Source: Clostridia bacterium (GTDB lineage Bacteria; Bacillota; Clostridia; Oscillospirales; CAG-272). Taken from it: a stretch of DNA of 64,000 nucleotides. The stretch lies in contig JAFTLJ010000065.1 of the NCBI GenBank assembly GCA_017456005.1, forward strand, positions 3,962 through 67,961, in the 5' to 3' direction. Below, piece by piece: positions 15,644 to 24,896 of the stretch (within the stretch, counting starts at the first letter, position 1; each line of letters begins with the position of its first letter). The translations under genes and the position numbers were made by a program. The notes beneath the pieces are model-generated. The model searched no databases and was not told where the DNA came from. It saw only the letters and a list, made by a program, of their open reading frames with translations.

Positions 15644-16579
15644 TCAATCCCTCCTCGGCGGCGGGAGGTTTTCGTACCTTTTGCCGTCGAAGTATGCCAC
15701 AAGAGAAATGAGCATGCCGACGAGATGGAGCGAAAGGTAGAAAAATATGTAATTCGGCAGTTCGGCGGGAAAAAGCAAATAGAAGCCGTAGCGCAAAAAT
15801 TCTATTGCAGTCATGCCCACGGCTATTATAAGCACGCCGCGCCAAAAATATTTTTTGCGCCTTTCGGGTATGGGGTTTACAAAATAATCGTACATCCAGC
15901 TATACAGCGGATAGTAGTTTACAAGCGGCACAAAGCTTCTGTAAAAAAGCCATTTTTTCGCTTTTCCCTCTACTACCTGCGTGCCGCCCAGCACATCCTG
16001 CTTATAAACCTCTCTTTCGCGTATACCTGCCCTGTAAAAAGCATAGGAGCAGAATACGTACACAGCGAGGTTGAACACGAGCGAAAACGCAAGCGCATAC
16101 GGATATGCGGCGGTAAGCGGCACCGTGGGGCAAACATAGCCGTGATTTGCGCCGGCATAAAACAGCCTTTGCGCGGTAACAAGCAAACCGCGTTCGCCGC
16201 AAAGCAGCATAGTAAGAGATATAATGCCGTCGCCGGGCAGGTTGCCGCCGTAATAATTATTTGGCAACCATATAACGCTCAGGTGGTACACGGCAAACAA
16301 AACGGCATAGAGCGCCCAACAAGGCACGGATGCGCACATAAAGCTCTTAAACCCGACCCTGTTTTTTTCATATTCATTCTTCCCCCAGGTAAAGAATCGC
16401 CAGCAGATAAGCACAAGCATAAGCAACGTGGCAAGAAAAAAGTTTTTTATGGGTAAAAGATAGCTATAGCCCAAAAGCGGTATTATAACGTACATAAGCG
16501 CATTTGAAAGGAGAGCCGCCACGCCCACATTTGCCAAATGCTCACCAAAAAAGCCTCTTTTTCTTTCTGTTCTTTTCAT
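15644..16579 (-). CDS. Polytopic membrane protein, unknown function
   Basis: 311 aa with GGAGG SD and multiple hydrophobic spans. No family recognised. Confidence 0.7.
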   Translation of the reverse strand: MKRTERKRGFFGEHLANVGVAALLSNALMYVIIPLLGYSYLLPIKNFFLATLLMLVLICWRFFTWGKNEYEKNRVGFKSFMCASVPCWALYAVLFAVYHLSVIWLPNNYYGGNLPGDGIISLTMLLCGERGLLVTAQRLFYAGANHGYVCPTVPLTAAYPYALAFSLVFNLAVYVFCSYAFYRAGIREREVYKQDVLGGTQVVEGKAKKWLFYRSFVPLVNYYPLYSWMYDYFVNPIPERRKKYFWRGVLIIAVGMTAIEFLRYGFYLLFPAELPNYIFFYLSLHLVGMLISLVAYFDGKRYENLPPPRRD

Positions 16580-16657
16580 AAATTACCTCCAAAAAAACAT
16601 CTCTGCTTTCTTTAACGAAAAAAAGCGGAAAAAGGTTACACCATTTTCCGCATTTTA

Positions 16658-17854
16658 TTAAAGTTTTTCGAGCTTTTCTTTGTAAGCTTTGAAAATTTTA
16701 AGCTTTGATTTTCTGCAAAGCAAATACATAACGCCAAAATTTGCCGCCGCGTATAAAATATAGCACAGAACAAATACAAATGTGTTTATTGCTGATGCTT
16801 CCGTTCCGCAAGGGAAAATACTGTAAAGCGCATACGCCGGGTAGGCAAGCACTCTGCCAAAACGGCAGAGCGAATATTCCCACAGAACGGTAAACGTGAG
16901 CGCGGCGCGCAAAACCTCTCCGGGCAAAACGAGGAAAAACAGCTTTTTCGCCAAATTTTCCTTGCTGTCGTAGCCCACAAAAAGCCAATGGTAGCTTTTT
17001 TTCACCCGAAAATATAAGTATACAAGCGGAAGCGCGAGCGCAAAGAGCGCCAGCAAGGGCATAATGTCGTTTTCTATTCCCACGCTTCTGCAGTTATCGG
17101 CAAGAACGATAAGAACCACGCCCGAGGCAAAAACCACTGCCGCGTATTCCGCCATGTTATAAGCCGTGGCGCGCGCTTTTCTGCAAAAAGCTCTGTTATA
17201 CACAAGCTTCCACACAGCAAAGAAAATGGCAAAGCACACAAGCTCGTATATGCCGAAAATCTTCAAAAATTCCACATAATCCTCGGCTATATAATTAAAT
17301 TCATATATAACCGCGCTATACCGCCCGCCATAGCGCAGATGCCCGGACCAATACAAGCGGAAAAGCGGCCAGCAGGTATTAAGCCCAAACCTCACAGGGC
17401 TGTATGGGAATGCGCTCATAGCAAAGTAGATAAGCTCACCGGGCAGAAAATATACAAGCGCCGATTTGAAAACAGGAAATTCGTGCCCCGTGGAGCGAAA
17501 AAACGATTCCGACATATTTCTGCGCGCAAGAAGTACAAGCCCTGCGGCATAGGCGACAAACGAAAGTATGGCAAGCCGAATATTAAACGGCGTATCGAAA
17601 TAATACTGAAACATATCGTTTTGGTCCGCCAATCGGAAGGAAGTATAGCCGTACTCCACCAAGCTAAAAACGGCAATACGCCCGAAAACGGCGTACAGAA
17701 TATAGCTTAATGCGCAATATCTATGGTAAAAATCCGAAATACGCATTTTTTTCTCTATAGTGAAGGTATCCAGCACAACGCAGGAATCGTCTAGCTTTTC
17801 AAACATTTCGAGCTCATCCTGCTCTATGCCCTTTTTATTGTTTTCTGAGCTCAT
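16658..17854 (-). CDS. Polytopic membrane protein, translationally coupled to the sigma factor (candidate anti-sigma)
   Basis: 398 aa. The start overlaps the sigma gene's 3' end by 20 nt. A cytoplasmic acidic N-terminus is followed by about 10 hydrophobic spans. Confidence 0.7.
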   Translation of the reverse strand: MSSENNKKGIEQDELEMFEKLDDSCVVLDTFTIEKKMRISDFYHRYCALSYILYAVFGRIAVFSLVEYGYTSFRLADQNDMFQYYFDTPFNIRLAILSFVAYAAGLVLLARRNMSESFFRSTGHEFPVFKSALVYFLPGELIYFAMSAFPYSPVRFGLNTCWPLFRLYWSGHLRYGGRYSAVIYEFNYIAEDYVEFLKIFGIYELVCFAIFFAVWKLVYNRAFCRKARATAYNMAEYAAVVFASGVVLIVLADNCRSVGIENDIMPLLALFALALPLVYLYFRVKKSYHWLFVGYDSKENLAKKLFFLVLPGEVLRAALTFTVLWEYSLCRFGRVLAYPAYALYSIFPCGTEASAINTFVFVLCYILYAAANFGVMYLLCRKSKLKIFKAYKEKLEKL

Positions 17855-18416
17855 AAAGTTCCTCTTTCTTCGTTTTCAGCAATGTTTGCTTTGCGCGGTA
17901 CAGCCTCACCTTTACCACGCTTTCCGAAACACCCAGGAGCCGTGCTATCTCGGAATATTTCAGCGAAAGGTCGTAGCGAAAAAACAAAACGTCGCGGTAC
18001 ACAGGCGGAATTTCCGCTATTATTTCATTAAGCCTGCTGCGATTTTCTTTATTTATAAGAATATCGTCGAGGCTGTCTTCCCCGTCGGCTATCTCTTGCG
18101 CTTCGCCGTCTGTATTCGGTTCATCCAGCGAGCGCTCTTTGCCGCGCTTCCTTTTTTCTGCGCGGTATTTATCTATTGCGGTATTTCGCGTGCACTTTAC
18201 GAGCAAGCGTATAAGGTTTTCTTCCTCCAAAGAGGAAAAAAGCTGTAGATTATCTATAATAATTCGCATAACGTCCTGCAGGCAGTCTTCCGCATCCTCT
18301 TTTTTGCCGAGAACACCGAAAGCCACAAGATATATCTTTTTTCCGTATTTAAGATAGAGCTTTTCCACAAAAGCTCTGTCGTTTTCGTTTTCTATGCTTA
18401 AAAGAAAAGTAAACAT
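17835..18416 (-). CDS. Sigma-70 family (ECF-like) RNA polymerase sigma factor
   Basis: Region 2 'EDAEDCLQDVMRIIIDNL', region 4 'YSEIARLLGVSESVVKVRLYRAK'. Start taken at 'MFTFLL' (GGGGGA SD). Confidence 0.85.
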   Translation of the reverse strand: MFTFLLSIENENDRAFVEKLYLKYGKKIYLVAFGVLGKKEDAEDCLQDVMRIIIDNLQLFSSLEEENLIRLLVKCTRNTAIDKYRAEKRKRGKERSLDEPNTDGEAQEIADGEDSLDDILINKENRSRLNEIIAEIPPVYRDVLFFRYDLSLKYSEIARLLGVSESVVKVRLYRAKQTLLKTKKEELYELRKQ

Positions 18417-18513
18417 AATATCCCCCGTTTTTATAAAATCTTTTCCCATAATATCTATATAACGAAAAACCACCGCAAAAAGTTACACCTTTTGCGGTAA
18501 TTTTTCAAAAATA

Positions 18514-19014
18514 TTATCTTGAAACACCAAATATTTTGATATTTACAACCTCCGAGGGAAAATAACTTCCTATTTCATCGCAAAGGCTTTCCACATTCTC
18601 TATGCCATAGAAAGCGTGCTTTCTTCTGTCGGGTAAATCGCGGCTGCTGCTTTCTGTTTGCAAGGTGCATTTTATAACCATATGCCCCATACCGAAAAGG
18701 CGCTCTATAGGATTTTGGCAAATCGTAACGCTCGTAACACCCGAAAGGGTAAACAAAACATCCTCGTGTGAATGCCTGCCTATTTGCACCCTATCGCGGT
18801 ATTTCACGCTGTTCCAGCCGATTTCAACGCTTCCCGGTTCGGCACGAAGAATGGAAAACATAGCCAAAAGCAAAAACACACTTCTGAACACGGTGTCGCC
18901 TGCCGACGGCACTTCCGGCTTTGCAAATACAAATATAAACGCCGCAAAAAGGAGAGCTCGCCACCAGAAGCTCCACGTGCAGATAACGCCCGCACGGTTT
19001 AGGTTAAGTGTCAT
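18514..19014 (-). CDS. Membrane protein with a bacterial PH (YdbS/DUF304-like) domain
   Basis: 166 aa: two N-terminal TM spans then 'VTICQNPIERLFGMGHMVI'. The ATG directly abuts the stop of the upstream gene. Confidence 0.55.
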   Translation of the reverse strand: MTLNLNRAGVICTWSFWWRALLFAAFIFVFAKPEVPSAGDTVFRSVFLLLAMFSILRAEPGSVEIGWNSVKYRDRVQIGRHSHEDVLFTLSGVTSVTICQNPIERLFGMGHMVIKCTLQTESSSRDLPDRRKHAFYGIENVESLCDEIGSYFPSEVVNIKIFGVSR

Positions 19015-20622
19015 TTATTTCCCTGCCTTGAAATCTGCCACAACTTGGGAAATGAGGTTATAATCGTTTGTGAGAATAACGTCTATACCCATTTCGAGGA
19101 AGTTTCTCGTCTGAACGGGGTTATCAGACCAGAAAACGTTGCATATTATGCCGTGTGAATGGGCTTCGTCTATCATAGCCTGGGTGAAATGAGGTTTCAT
19201 AAGCTGAATCTTCTTGCAATCGTATTTGAGCGCGCGAGGAATCATATTGGAAGCATCTTTGGAAAAGCCCACGCAACGTGCGATATCGGGCGCCATTTCC
19301 TTTGCCATACGGAGCACGTTATCGTTCGTGCACATAATATAGCAGTATTTTCTGCAATCGTATTTATCGATAAGATCGATAATCTTCTTAAGATATTCGG
19401 GGTTATATTCGCATTCATCATCGAGAGTTTTGATGTGAATGTTCATTATTGTGTGGCAAGCGAATTTTTCAAGAATATCTTCAAATTTAAGTATCTTCAT
19501 ACCCTTGAATTTTTCGCCGGATTTGTAGCCAAAGTCGTACTGTAGAAGCTGCTCGTATGTCTTATCCACAACTCTGCCAAATCCATTGGAATGTCCTGCT
19601 ATCCAAAGGTCGTGTATGGAAACTATTTCGCCGTCTGCCGTGTACCAGAGGTCGAACTCTATTTCCTCCGCGCCCATAGCCACAGCCGCACCAAATGCAG
19701 GCATACTGTTTTCGGGGGCTATCGTGTTGAAGCCGCGATGTGCACATACGCGGGGGTAAGGCATAAGCGCGTCGTTTTTAATTATAGCACTGCCACCCGG
19801 GCGGTACTGCCAGGGGTTTCTGCCTATTTCTATGTATTCATAGTGCGCCGAAGGGGGGTTGCCATAGCCTGCGGGCTTGTAATATTTATCTTTCGGGTCA
19901 AATTCCGCCGTGCCGAGGCCTGTTTTGCTCTTCATATTAAGCAAAACTTCGCCCGTGGGTTTAACTATCATACTGCAACCGCAAATTTCGGAATCTTCGC
20001 CAAGGCTTACAGAGGCACGAACAAGGTGCGCATTGCAGTTATAGGCGAGGAATCTGCCCATAATTTCGAGCGCGTCGTGGCTGTCGCTTCTCTGGAGCGA
20101 GCAACCGATAATAACGTCCACGTTCTGGCGCGCAATTGTGGGGAACGCTTCGTAGAAGTAAAAATCGTAACAGGTGAGGAACGCGTATTTAACGCCGTCT
20201 ATGGTGATGGTATACGGCTCGGAAAATTCGCGCGTGTAATCCTGGTCGAGCCCGATATTAAGTTCTATAGGGGGCAGGTGCTTTTTGAAGTATTTACCAA
20301 CGATTTCGCCATCGCGGTTTATAGCATACGTTGTGTTGCGGTAGCCCGTTTCCGCTTCGTAAAGCGCGTTTACAAAAACAACAGCGTTGCAACGCTTTGC
20401 CGTCGCCTTGCAGGCTTCGAGCAATGTGGGGCAATATTTGTGGTGTGCGGCGAGGTTTTCCTCGCGCGTCATACCGCAGCAGGGCACGTCGCTATCTTCG
20501 GGGAGAACGATAATATCCATACTCTCGTCGCACTGGGCGAGATAATCGAGTTTATACTGAAAATATTCTTCGCATTTGGAATAGTCCATTGAATAGGGTG
20601 GCTGAATTACACAAGCTTTCAT
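19015..20622 (-). CDS. Fusion protein: carbon-nitrogen hydrolase (nitrilase superfamily) plus glycerophosphodiester phosphodiesterase domain
   Basis: N-terminal half has E-K-C triad contexts 'IIVLPEDS', 'YFKKHLPP', 'FLTCYDFYF'. C-terminal half reads 'CAHRGFNTIAPENSMPAFGAAVAMGAEEIEFDLWYTADGEIVSIHD'. Confidence 0.8.
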   Translation of the reverse strand: MKACVIQPPYSMDYSKCEEYFQYKLDYLAQCDESMDIIVLPEDSDVPCCGMTREENLAAHHKYCPTLLEACKATAKRCNAVVFVNALYEAETGYRNTTYAINRDGEIVGKYFKKHLPPIELNIGLDQDYTREFSEPYTITIDGVKYAFLTCYDFYFYEAFPTIARQNVDVIIGCSLQRSDSHDALEIMGRFLAYNCNAHLVRASVSLGEDSEICGCSMIVKPTGEVLLNMKSKTGLGTAEFDPKDKYYKPAGYGNPPSAHYEYIEIGRNPWQYRPGGSAIIKNDALMPYPRVCAHRGFNTIAPENSMPAFGAAVAMGAEEIEFDLWYTADGEIVSIHDLWIAGHSNGFGRVVDKTYEQLLQYDFGYKSGEKFKGMKILKFEDILEKFACHTIMNIHIKTLDDECEYNPEYLKKIIDLIDKYDCRKYCYIMCTNDNVLRMAKEMAPDIARCVGFSKDASNMIPRALKYDCKKIQLMKPHFTQAMIDEAHSHGIICNVFWSDNPVQTRNFLEMGIDVILTNDYNLISQVVADFKAGK

Positions 20623-20707
20623 AGAATTAAATCCTCCAAAATATTTTTATTACATAATTAGTATATCATAAATAAACAGAACTTGCAAGGGGAAGAAATA
20701 AACACAA

Positions 20708-20738
20708 CAAAAAAACCTCGGTCACCCGAGGTTTTTCT
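20708..20738 (-). terminator. Rho-independent terminator
   Basis: ACCTCGG-TCAC-CCGAGGT, with a T7 run on the minus strand. Confidence 0.8.
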
Positions 20739-20912
20739 TTAATCAATTATCGTATATTCAAAAAATTCACAGTGGAGCTTTGTGCCGATGTCCGTGCCCA
20801 TAGGCAGGAGTGCGAGCGCGATGAAAACCTCATCGCCTTCGCCTGCACCGATTTCGCGAAGGTAAGCATATTCACCCTCTATTTTTACAACAAAGTAATC
20901 TTTAGGTTTCAT
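20739..20912 (-). CDS. Small DUF3006-like protein (below the 60-aa ORF-track cutoff)
   Basis: 57 aa: MKPKDYFVVKIEGEYAYLREIGAGEGDEVFIALALLPMGTDIGTKLHCEFFEYTIID. AGGGAG SD. Starts 2 nt after the upstream stop. Confidence 0.55.
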   Translation of the reverse strand: MKPKDYFVVKIEGEYAYLREIGAGEGDEVFIALALLPMGTDIGTKLHCEFFEYTIID

Positions 20913-20914
20913 AG

Positions 20915-21982
20915 TTACTCCCTTTCCGCAGGCGCAAAGGGTTTGAACTCGCCTGTGTAGCGGTAAAGGCGGATAACAGAGCTGTATTCCCCATTTTCGC
21001 TCTTCGCCTCGGAAATATAGAAATATCCTTCGCCCAAGGAAAGCAAGCCCGTGCTGCCGTGTTTAAATTCGTGCGTGTAAATGCCCGTTTTTTCATCGAA
21101 AAGCCCTGTTTTTGCAAGTGCGAGCGTTTTCCCCTCTATGCCGACTCCGCGCAGAACCTCTGTTTTCGGGGTTTGACCGCCTGCAACGCGGAAAAGATTA
21201 TAGTTTAAGAATTTTTCCTTGCGTCCGCGGTAAACCGCCATAAAAATGTCGCCAGTGTGGCTGTCGTATTCCATATTCTGCACGCCGAAGGTTGTGTTGC
21301 CCGTATATACGAAATATTTTGCCTCTGCGCATGCAGGTCCGCTTGTGTGGATATTGTCTGCGGCGAGCACCGCTTCATATTTGCAAAGCTCTGTGGGGTT
21401 ATAGGAAAGAAGCACCTGATAGTCGTTGTCTTCCCTGTCGTTTTCGCCGTAAACCCCGTACGCTACAAGCAAGCGCATGCCCTCGCCCTCGAAAGCAGGT
21501 GCAAACGTGATGCCGTCTATGCCCGAGCAGCCGTGGCGGTGTTTTTGGGTTTTGCCGTCCTCTTCCCATTCCGCCAGGTAATCTTCCGTGGGCTCGCGCA
21601 GCCATACGGTGTGCATAACGCCACCTTTTTCGGCGTTCATATCGCGCTCGGTAATCTTTTCGCCGTCGAAAATCGCCACGTAAAACGCATTTTTCACCTC
21701 GTTTTCCACACCGAGCAGATCGAGTATACCTTTGCCTATGCTATCGTTTTTGTATTCAAGCGAACCGTATACGCGCCCGTCCGCGCCCATAGCGAGGCAG
21801 CCGAGGTGCCCTGTAAAGCCTTTCACGCTGCCCAGCACGTTGCCTGCAAGGTCAAATTTCACAAGCTCTGTGGTAAACGAGCAATAAAGATACCCACGCT
21901 CCTTATCCAGCGCGATTCCCTGGATATGTCCGCCGCGCCATACGCCGGTTTCGATTGTTAAAGGTAAGTTTTTGATTTCCAT
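20915..21982 (-). CDS. Hypothetical protein (possibly beta-propeller-like)
   Basis: 355 aa with good SD and codon usage like the neighbours. No family recognised. Confidence 0.6.
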   Translation of the reverse strand: MEIKNLPLTIETGVWRGGHIQGIALDKERGYLYCSFTTELVKFDLAGNVLGSVKGFTGHLGCLAMGADGRVYGSLEYKNDSIGKGILDLLGVENEVKNAFYVAIFDGEKITERDMNAEKGGVMHTVWLREPTEDYLAEWEEDGKTQKHRHGCSGIDGITFAPAFEGEGMRLLVAYGVYGENDREDNDYQVLLSYNPTELCKYEAVLAADNIHTSGPACAEAKYFVYTGNTTFGVQNMEYDSHTGDIFMAVYRGRKEKFLNYNLFRVAGGQTPKTEVLRGVGIEGKTLALAKTGLFDEKTGIYTHEFKHGSTGLLSLGEGYFYISEAKSENGEYSSVIRLYRYTGEFKPFAPAERE

Positions 21983-22012
21983 AATACACCTCTTATAAAA
22001 ATTGCTTTATAT

Positions 22013-22807
22013 TTAAAAATTTACTGTTCTGTTTTCTTCCAGCGTACGCCATTTGAGGTTTATAGCACGTATAGCGCACCCGCCATGGTCCATATTTTCT
22101 TCTTCCATAAAATCATCTGCCCAAAATACACGCTCGTCATTTGCAAGTAACGTTGCATCGTATATTTCACCGGAATAATTTTCTCCCGCAGGGCGTAGGC
22201 GAAGCTCACTCACCGCCTCAAAGCACAGCTCTACCGTGCCGTACCAACAGCTTTCAAAAATCGCATATGCCGTGGCAATATTCACAGGGTAAGCTATTTC
22301 CTCATAAGTTATTTTTTTGATATATGCATCGTGAAATCCCGCAAAAAGAGCCATAAAATCATCTGCGTCTTTTTGCGTTTTTACATAATTCCAAGTTTCT
22401 GCATCTTCATTTTTGCGCAAATTTATGCCCGATTCCAAAAGCGAGATTTTTTCGCCGCGCAAAAGCGACGCCACAAATTCCACGTTTTCTAGAACGTCTG
22501 CATAACCGTGAAAATATAAATAATCTGTATTTTCATCTATTTTTCTAACAGAAGCTTTTCCTCTAAGACATTTTTTTATTTTAAGCATATACGCCTTTTC
22601 ATAGGTTACAAAATTTTCTGTGTTGGCGTTTATAGTAGCACAAATAGGTTTATAATTATCTGTTTTATCGTAAATGTCCGACATAACAAAGGACTCGCAA
22701 AGAGGATCGAAAACAATCATTCCGTGCCACGCCCCTATACCTATTCTTGCGTATACCATAGATTTATAATATCTGTTATTCTCTTTGTCATATACACGCA
22801 CAAACAT
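22013..22807 (-). CDS. Hypothetical protein
   Basis: 264 aa, AT-richer than the flanks. No family recognised. Confidence 0.6.
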   Translation of the reverse strand: MFVRVYDKENNRYYKSMVYARIGIGAWHGMIVFDPLCESFVMSDIYDKTDNYKPICATINANTENFVTYEKAYMLKIKKCLRGKASVRKIDENTDYLYFHGYADVLENVEFVASLLRGEKISLLESGINLRKNEDAETWNYVKTQKDADDFMALFAGFHDAYIKKITYEEIAYPVNIATAYAIFESCWYGTVELCFEAVSELRLRPAGENYSGEIYDATLLANDERVFWADDFMEEENMDHGGCAIRAINLKWRTLEENRTVNF

Positions 22808-22869
22808 ATTTTCACCCCCCGGCTGCCGGTACTTTTATTTTACCATATACACAGGTAAAATGCAAGAAA

Positions 22870-22905
22870 AAATAAAAAGCACCCGTACGGGTGCTTTTTA
22901 TTTTG
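22870..22905 (-). terminator. Rho-independent terminator
   Basis: GCACCC-GTAC-GGGTGC flanked by A and T runs. Confidence 0.8.
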
Positions 22906-22911
22906 TTTTAA

Positions 22912-23268
22912 TTAAAGGTCTTTGGATTCAGCTACGCGAGCAAAGGGTTCGCCTTCATTGAGGTCGAAATCTTCTTCGGCTTCAACTTCTTCAGCTTCCG
23001 CTTCTGCAAGTGCTTCTTCGAGAGCTTCGCATTCTTCAAGCTCTGCGCAGTTTTCGCAGTCGCCGTCGCAGTATTCTGCGAAATCTTTTTCTTCTTCGAT
23101 GCACTGACCCATAAGGTATGCACCTGCAGCGCCGGAAACACCGCCAACTGCGAGGAAAGCAACTGCCATAGCTTTTTTCTTCACTGCGAGCACGATGAAC
23201 GCAACGAGAGATGCAACTGCCTGAACGAGAAGAGCAACTGCTACATAGAATTTTGTGTTTTTAAGCAT
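22912..23268 (-). CDS. Small membrane protein with a Cys-rich, highly acidic tail
   Basis: 118 aa: two TM spans, then 'CIEEEKDFAEYCDGDCENCAELEECEALEEALAEAEAEEVEAEEDF'. Confidence 0.6.
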   Translation of the reverse strand: MLKNTKFYVAVALLVQAVASLVAFIVLAVKKKAMAVAFLAVGGVSGAAGAYLMGQCIEEEKDFAEYCDGDCENCAELEECEALEEALAEAEAEEVEAEEDFDLNEGEPFARVAESKDL

Positions 23269-23294
23269 AGATATATCCTCCTTAATAAAATTAT

Positions 23295-24395
23295 TTACGC
23301 TTTCATTTTAAGATATGCATTGATGAAACCGTCTATTTCACCATCCATAACTGCGGTAATATTACCGTCTTCATAGCCCGTGCGCGTGTCTTTCGCCAGC
23401 GTGTAGGGCATAAATACATAGGAACGGATCTGAGAACCCCATTCGATCTTTGTTTTTTCGCCGCGTATATCCTCTATTCTTTCAAGGTTTTCGCGCGCTT
23501 TTATTTCCGCAAGCTTGCTCTTGAGCATCTTCATAGCGGTTTCCTTGTTCTGGAGCTGGCTGCGCTCTGTCTGGCAACCAACCACAATACCCGTGGGCTT
23601 GTGAACGATACGTATAGCAGAGTCGGTCTTGTTGATGTGCTGACCGCCGGCGCCGCTGGAACGGTGCGCGGTTATTTCAAGGTCTTCCATCTTCAGCTCT
23701 ATATCCGTGCTGTCATCGAGCTCGGGGGTTACTTCGCAGGAAGCAAAAGAAGTCTGCCTTCTGCCGGAGCTGTCGAAGGGGGAGCAACGAACAAGTCTGT
23801 GTACACCGTGCTCGCTCTTGAGATAGCCGTATACGTTTGTGCCTTCTATAAGTATTGTAGCGCTCTTTATGCCGGCCTCGTCGCCGTCGAGCCAGTCGAG
23901 GAGCTTTACCGTATAGCCGTGGCGTTCAGCCCATCTTGTGTACATACGGTAGAGCATCTGCGCCCAGTCCTGCGCTTCCGTGCCTCCTGCACCGGGGTGG
24001 AGAGAAACTATGGCGTTGCAGCCGTCGTATTCGCCGGAAAGAAGAGTTTCAAGGCGCATTCTTTCTTCACCTTCCACAATAGCATCAAGCTCTGCGAGAA
24101 CTTCCTCTACCACGCTTTCGTCGTTTTCCTCTATGCCCATTTCCGCGAGCATAAGCGCATCTTCCGTTTGACCCTTAAGGTCGTTATATTCTTCGAGCTT
24201 ATCCTTCGCTCTTTTAAGGTCCTGCAAAATTTTGCCCGAACCTTCCATTTCCCAGAAGCCTGCGGAAGCTGTCTGCTCCTCCAGCTCTGCGATTTTTTCT
24301 GTGAGTTTATCTATTTTTATTGCAGACGCAAGCTCTTCTACCGCGTCTGTCATTTCCAAAAGCTTTGCTTTTGCTTCTTCAAGTTGTATAATCAA
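23295..24395 (-). CDS. prfB: Peptide chain release factor 2
   Basis: 'SPF' in 'CSPFDSSGRRQTSFA' and 'SGAGGQHINKTDSA'. A single uninterrupted 366-aa frame. Confidence 0.95.
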   Translation of the reverse strand: MIIQLEEAKAKLLEMTDAVEELASAIKIDKLTEKIAELEEQTASAGFWEMEGSGKILQDLKRAKDKLEEYNDLKGQTEDALMLAEMGIEENDESVVEEVLAELDAIVEGEERMRLETLLSGEYDGCNAIVSLHPGAGGTEAQDWAQMLYRMYTRWAERHGYTVKLLDWLDGDEAGIKSATILIEGTNVYGYLKSEHGVHRLVRCSPFDSSGRRQTSFASCEVTPELDDSTDIELKMEDLEITAHRSSGAGGQHINKTDSAIRIVHKPTGIVVGCQTERSQLQNKETAMKMLKSKLAEIKARENLERIEDIRGEKTKIEWGSQIRSYVFMPYTLAKDTRTGYEDGNITAVMDGEIDGFINAYLKMKA

Positions 24396-24514
24396 GTTTG
24401 CCTCCTGCGCAAAATATTTTTGCGTTATAATGATATTGCAATATTATTTTATCACAAATCTTTTCGGTTGTAAACCGCAAATTAACATTTTTTTCAAGAT
24501 TTAAGTGGTAAACG

Positions 24515-24895
24515 CTACTGCTTGCAGGGGTCGGATGTAAAAAATCCGCGTAAATTCATATAAAGCGTGCCGTCCTCCTGCTTTTTGAAGCCGACAGCCC
24601 TTGTAAGCCTGCTTTCTTCGCCCTCGAAATATGCATCGTGAACACCGCAAAGGTCTATGAAGTTGAGCGCGGCTCTGCCGAGCACGAAAAGCGATGTAAA
24701 ATCATCTACACCGGGGGCGGGTGCTATATCGTATATTCTGCCGAACCCATCCCTCATGCTGAACTGGCAAACGCCGAGAAACGTGCCTTCCTCGTACGCC
24801 GCGTATGCAAAATAATCCGCGTTGAAGGCTGCGCCGCACTGCTCGCAAAGCGTTTTCTGGTCTTCCTTCTTTTCTATGGGTCTAACCGTTAGCAT
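24515..24895 (-). CDS. Hypothetical small protein (possibly acetyltransferase-like fold)
   Basis: 126 aa, coupled to rluB by a 1-nt gap. Family not confidently recognised. Confidence 0.5.
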   Translation of the reverse strand: MLTVRPIEKKEDQKTLCEQCGAAFNADYFAYAAYEEGTFLGVCQFSMRDGFGRIYDIAPAPGVDDFTSLFVLGRAALNFIDLCGVHDAYFEGEESRLTRAVGFKKQEDGTLYMNLRGFFTSDPCKQ

Positions 24896-24896
24896 T

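Noticed and set aside
23295-24395. Programmed +1 frameshift in prfB
   Set aside because: The RF2 reading frame is continuous from its own ATG through the region that aligns with the E. coli frameshift site. No in-frame TGA or CTTTGAC-type slippery site is present.
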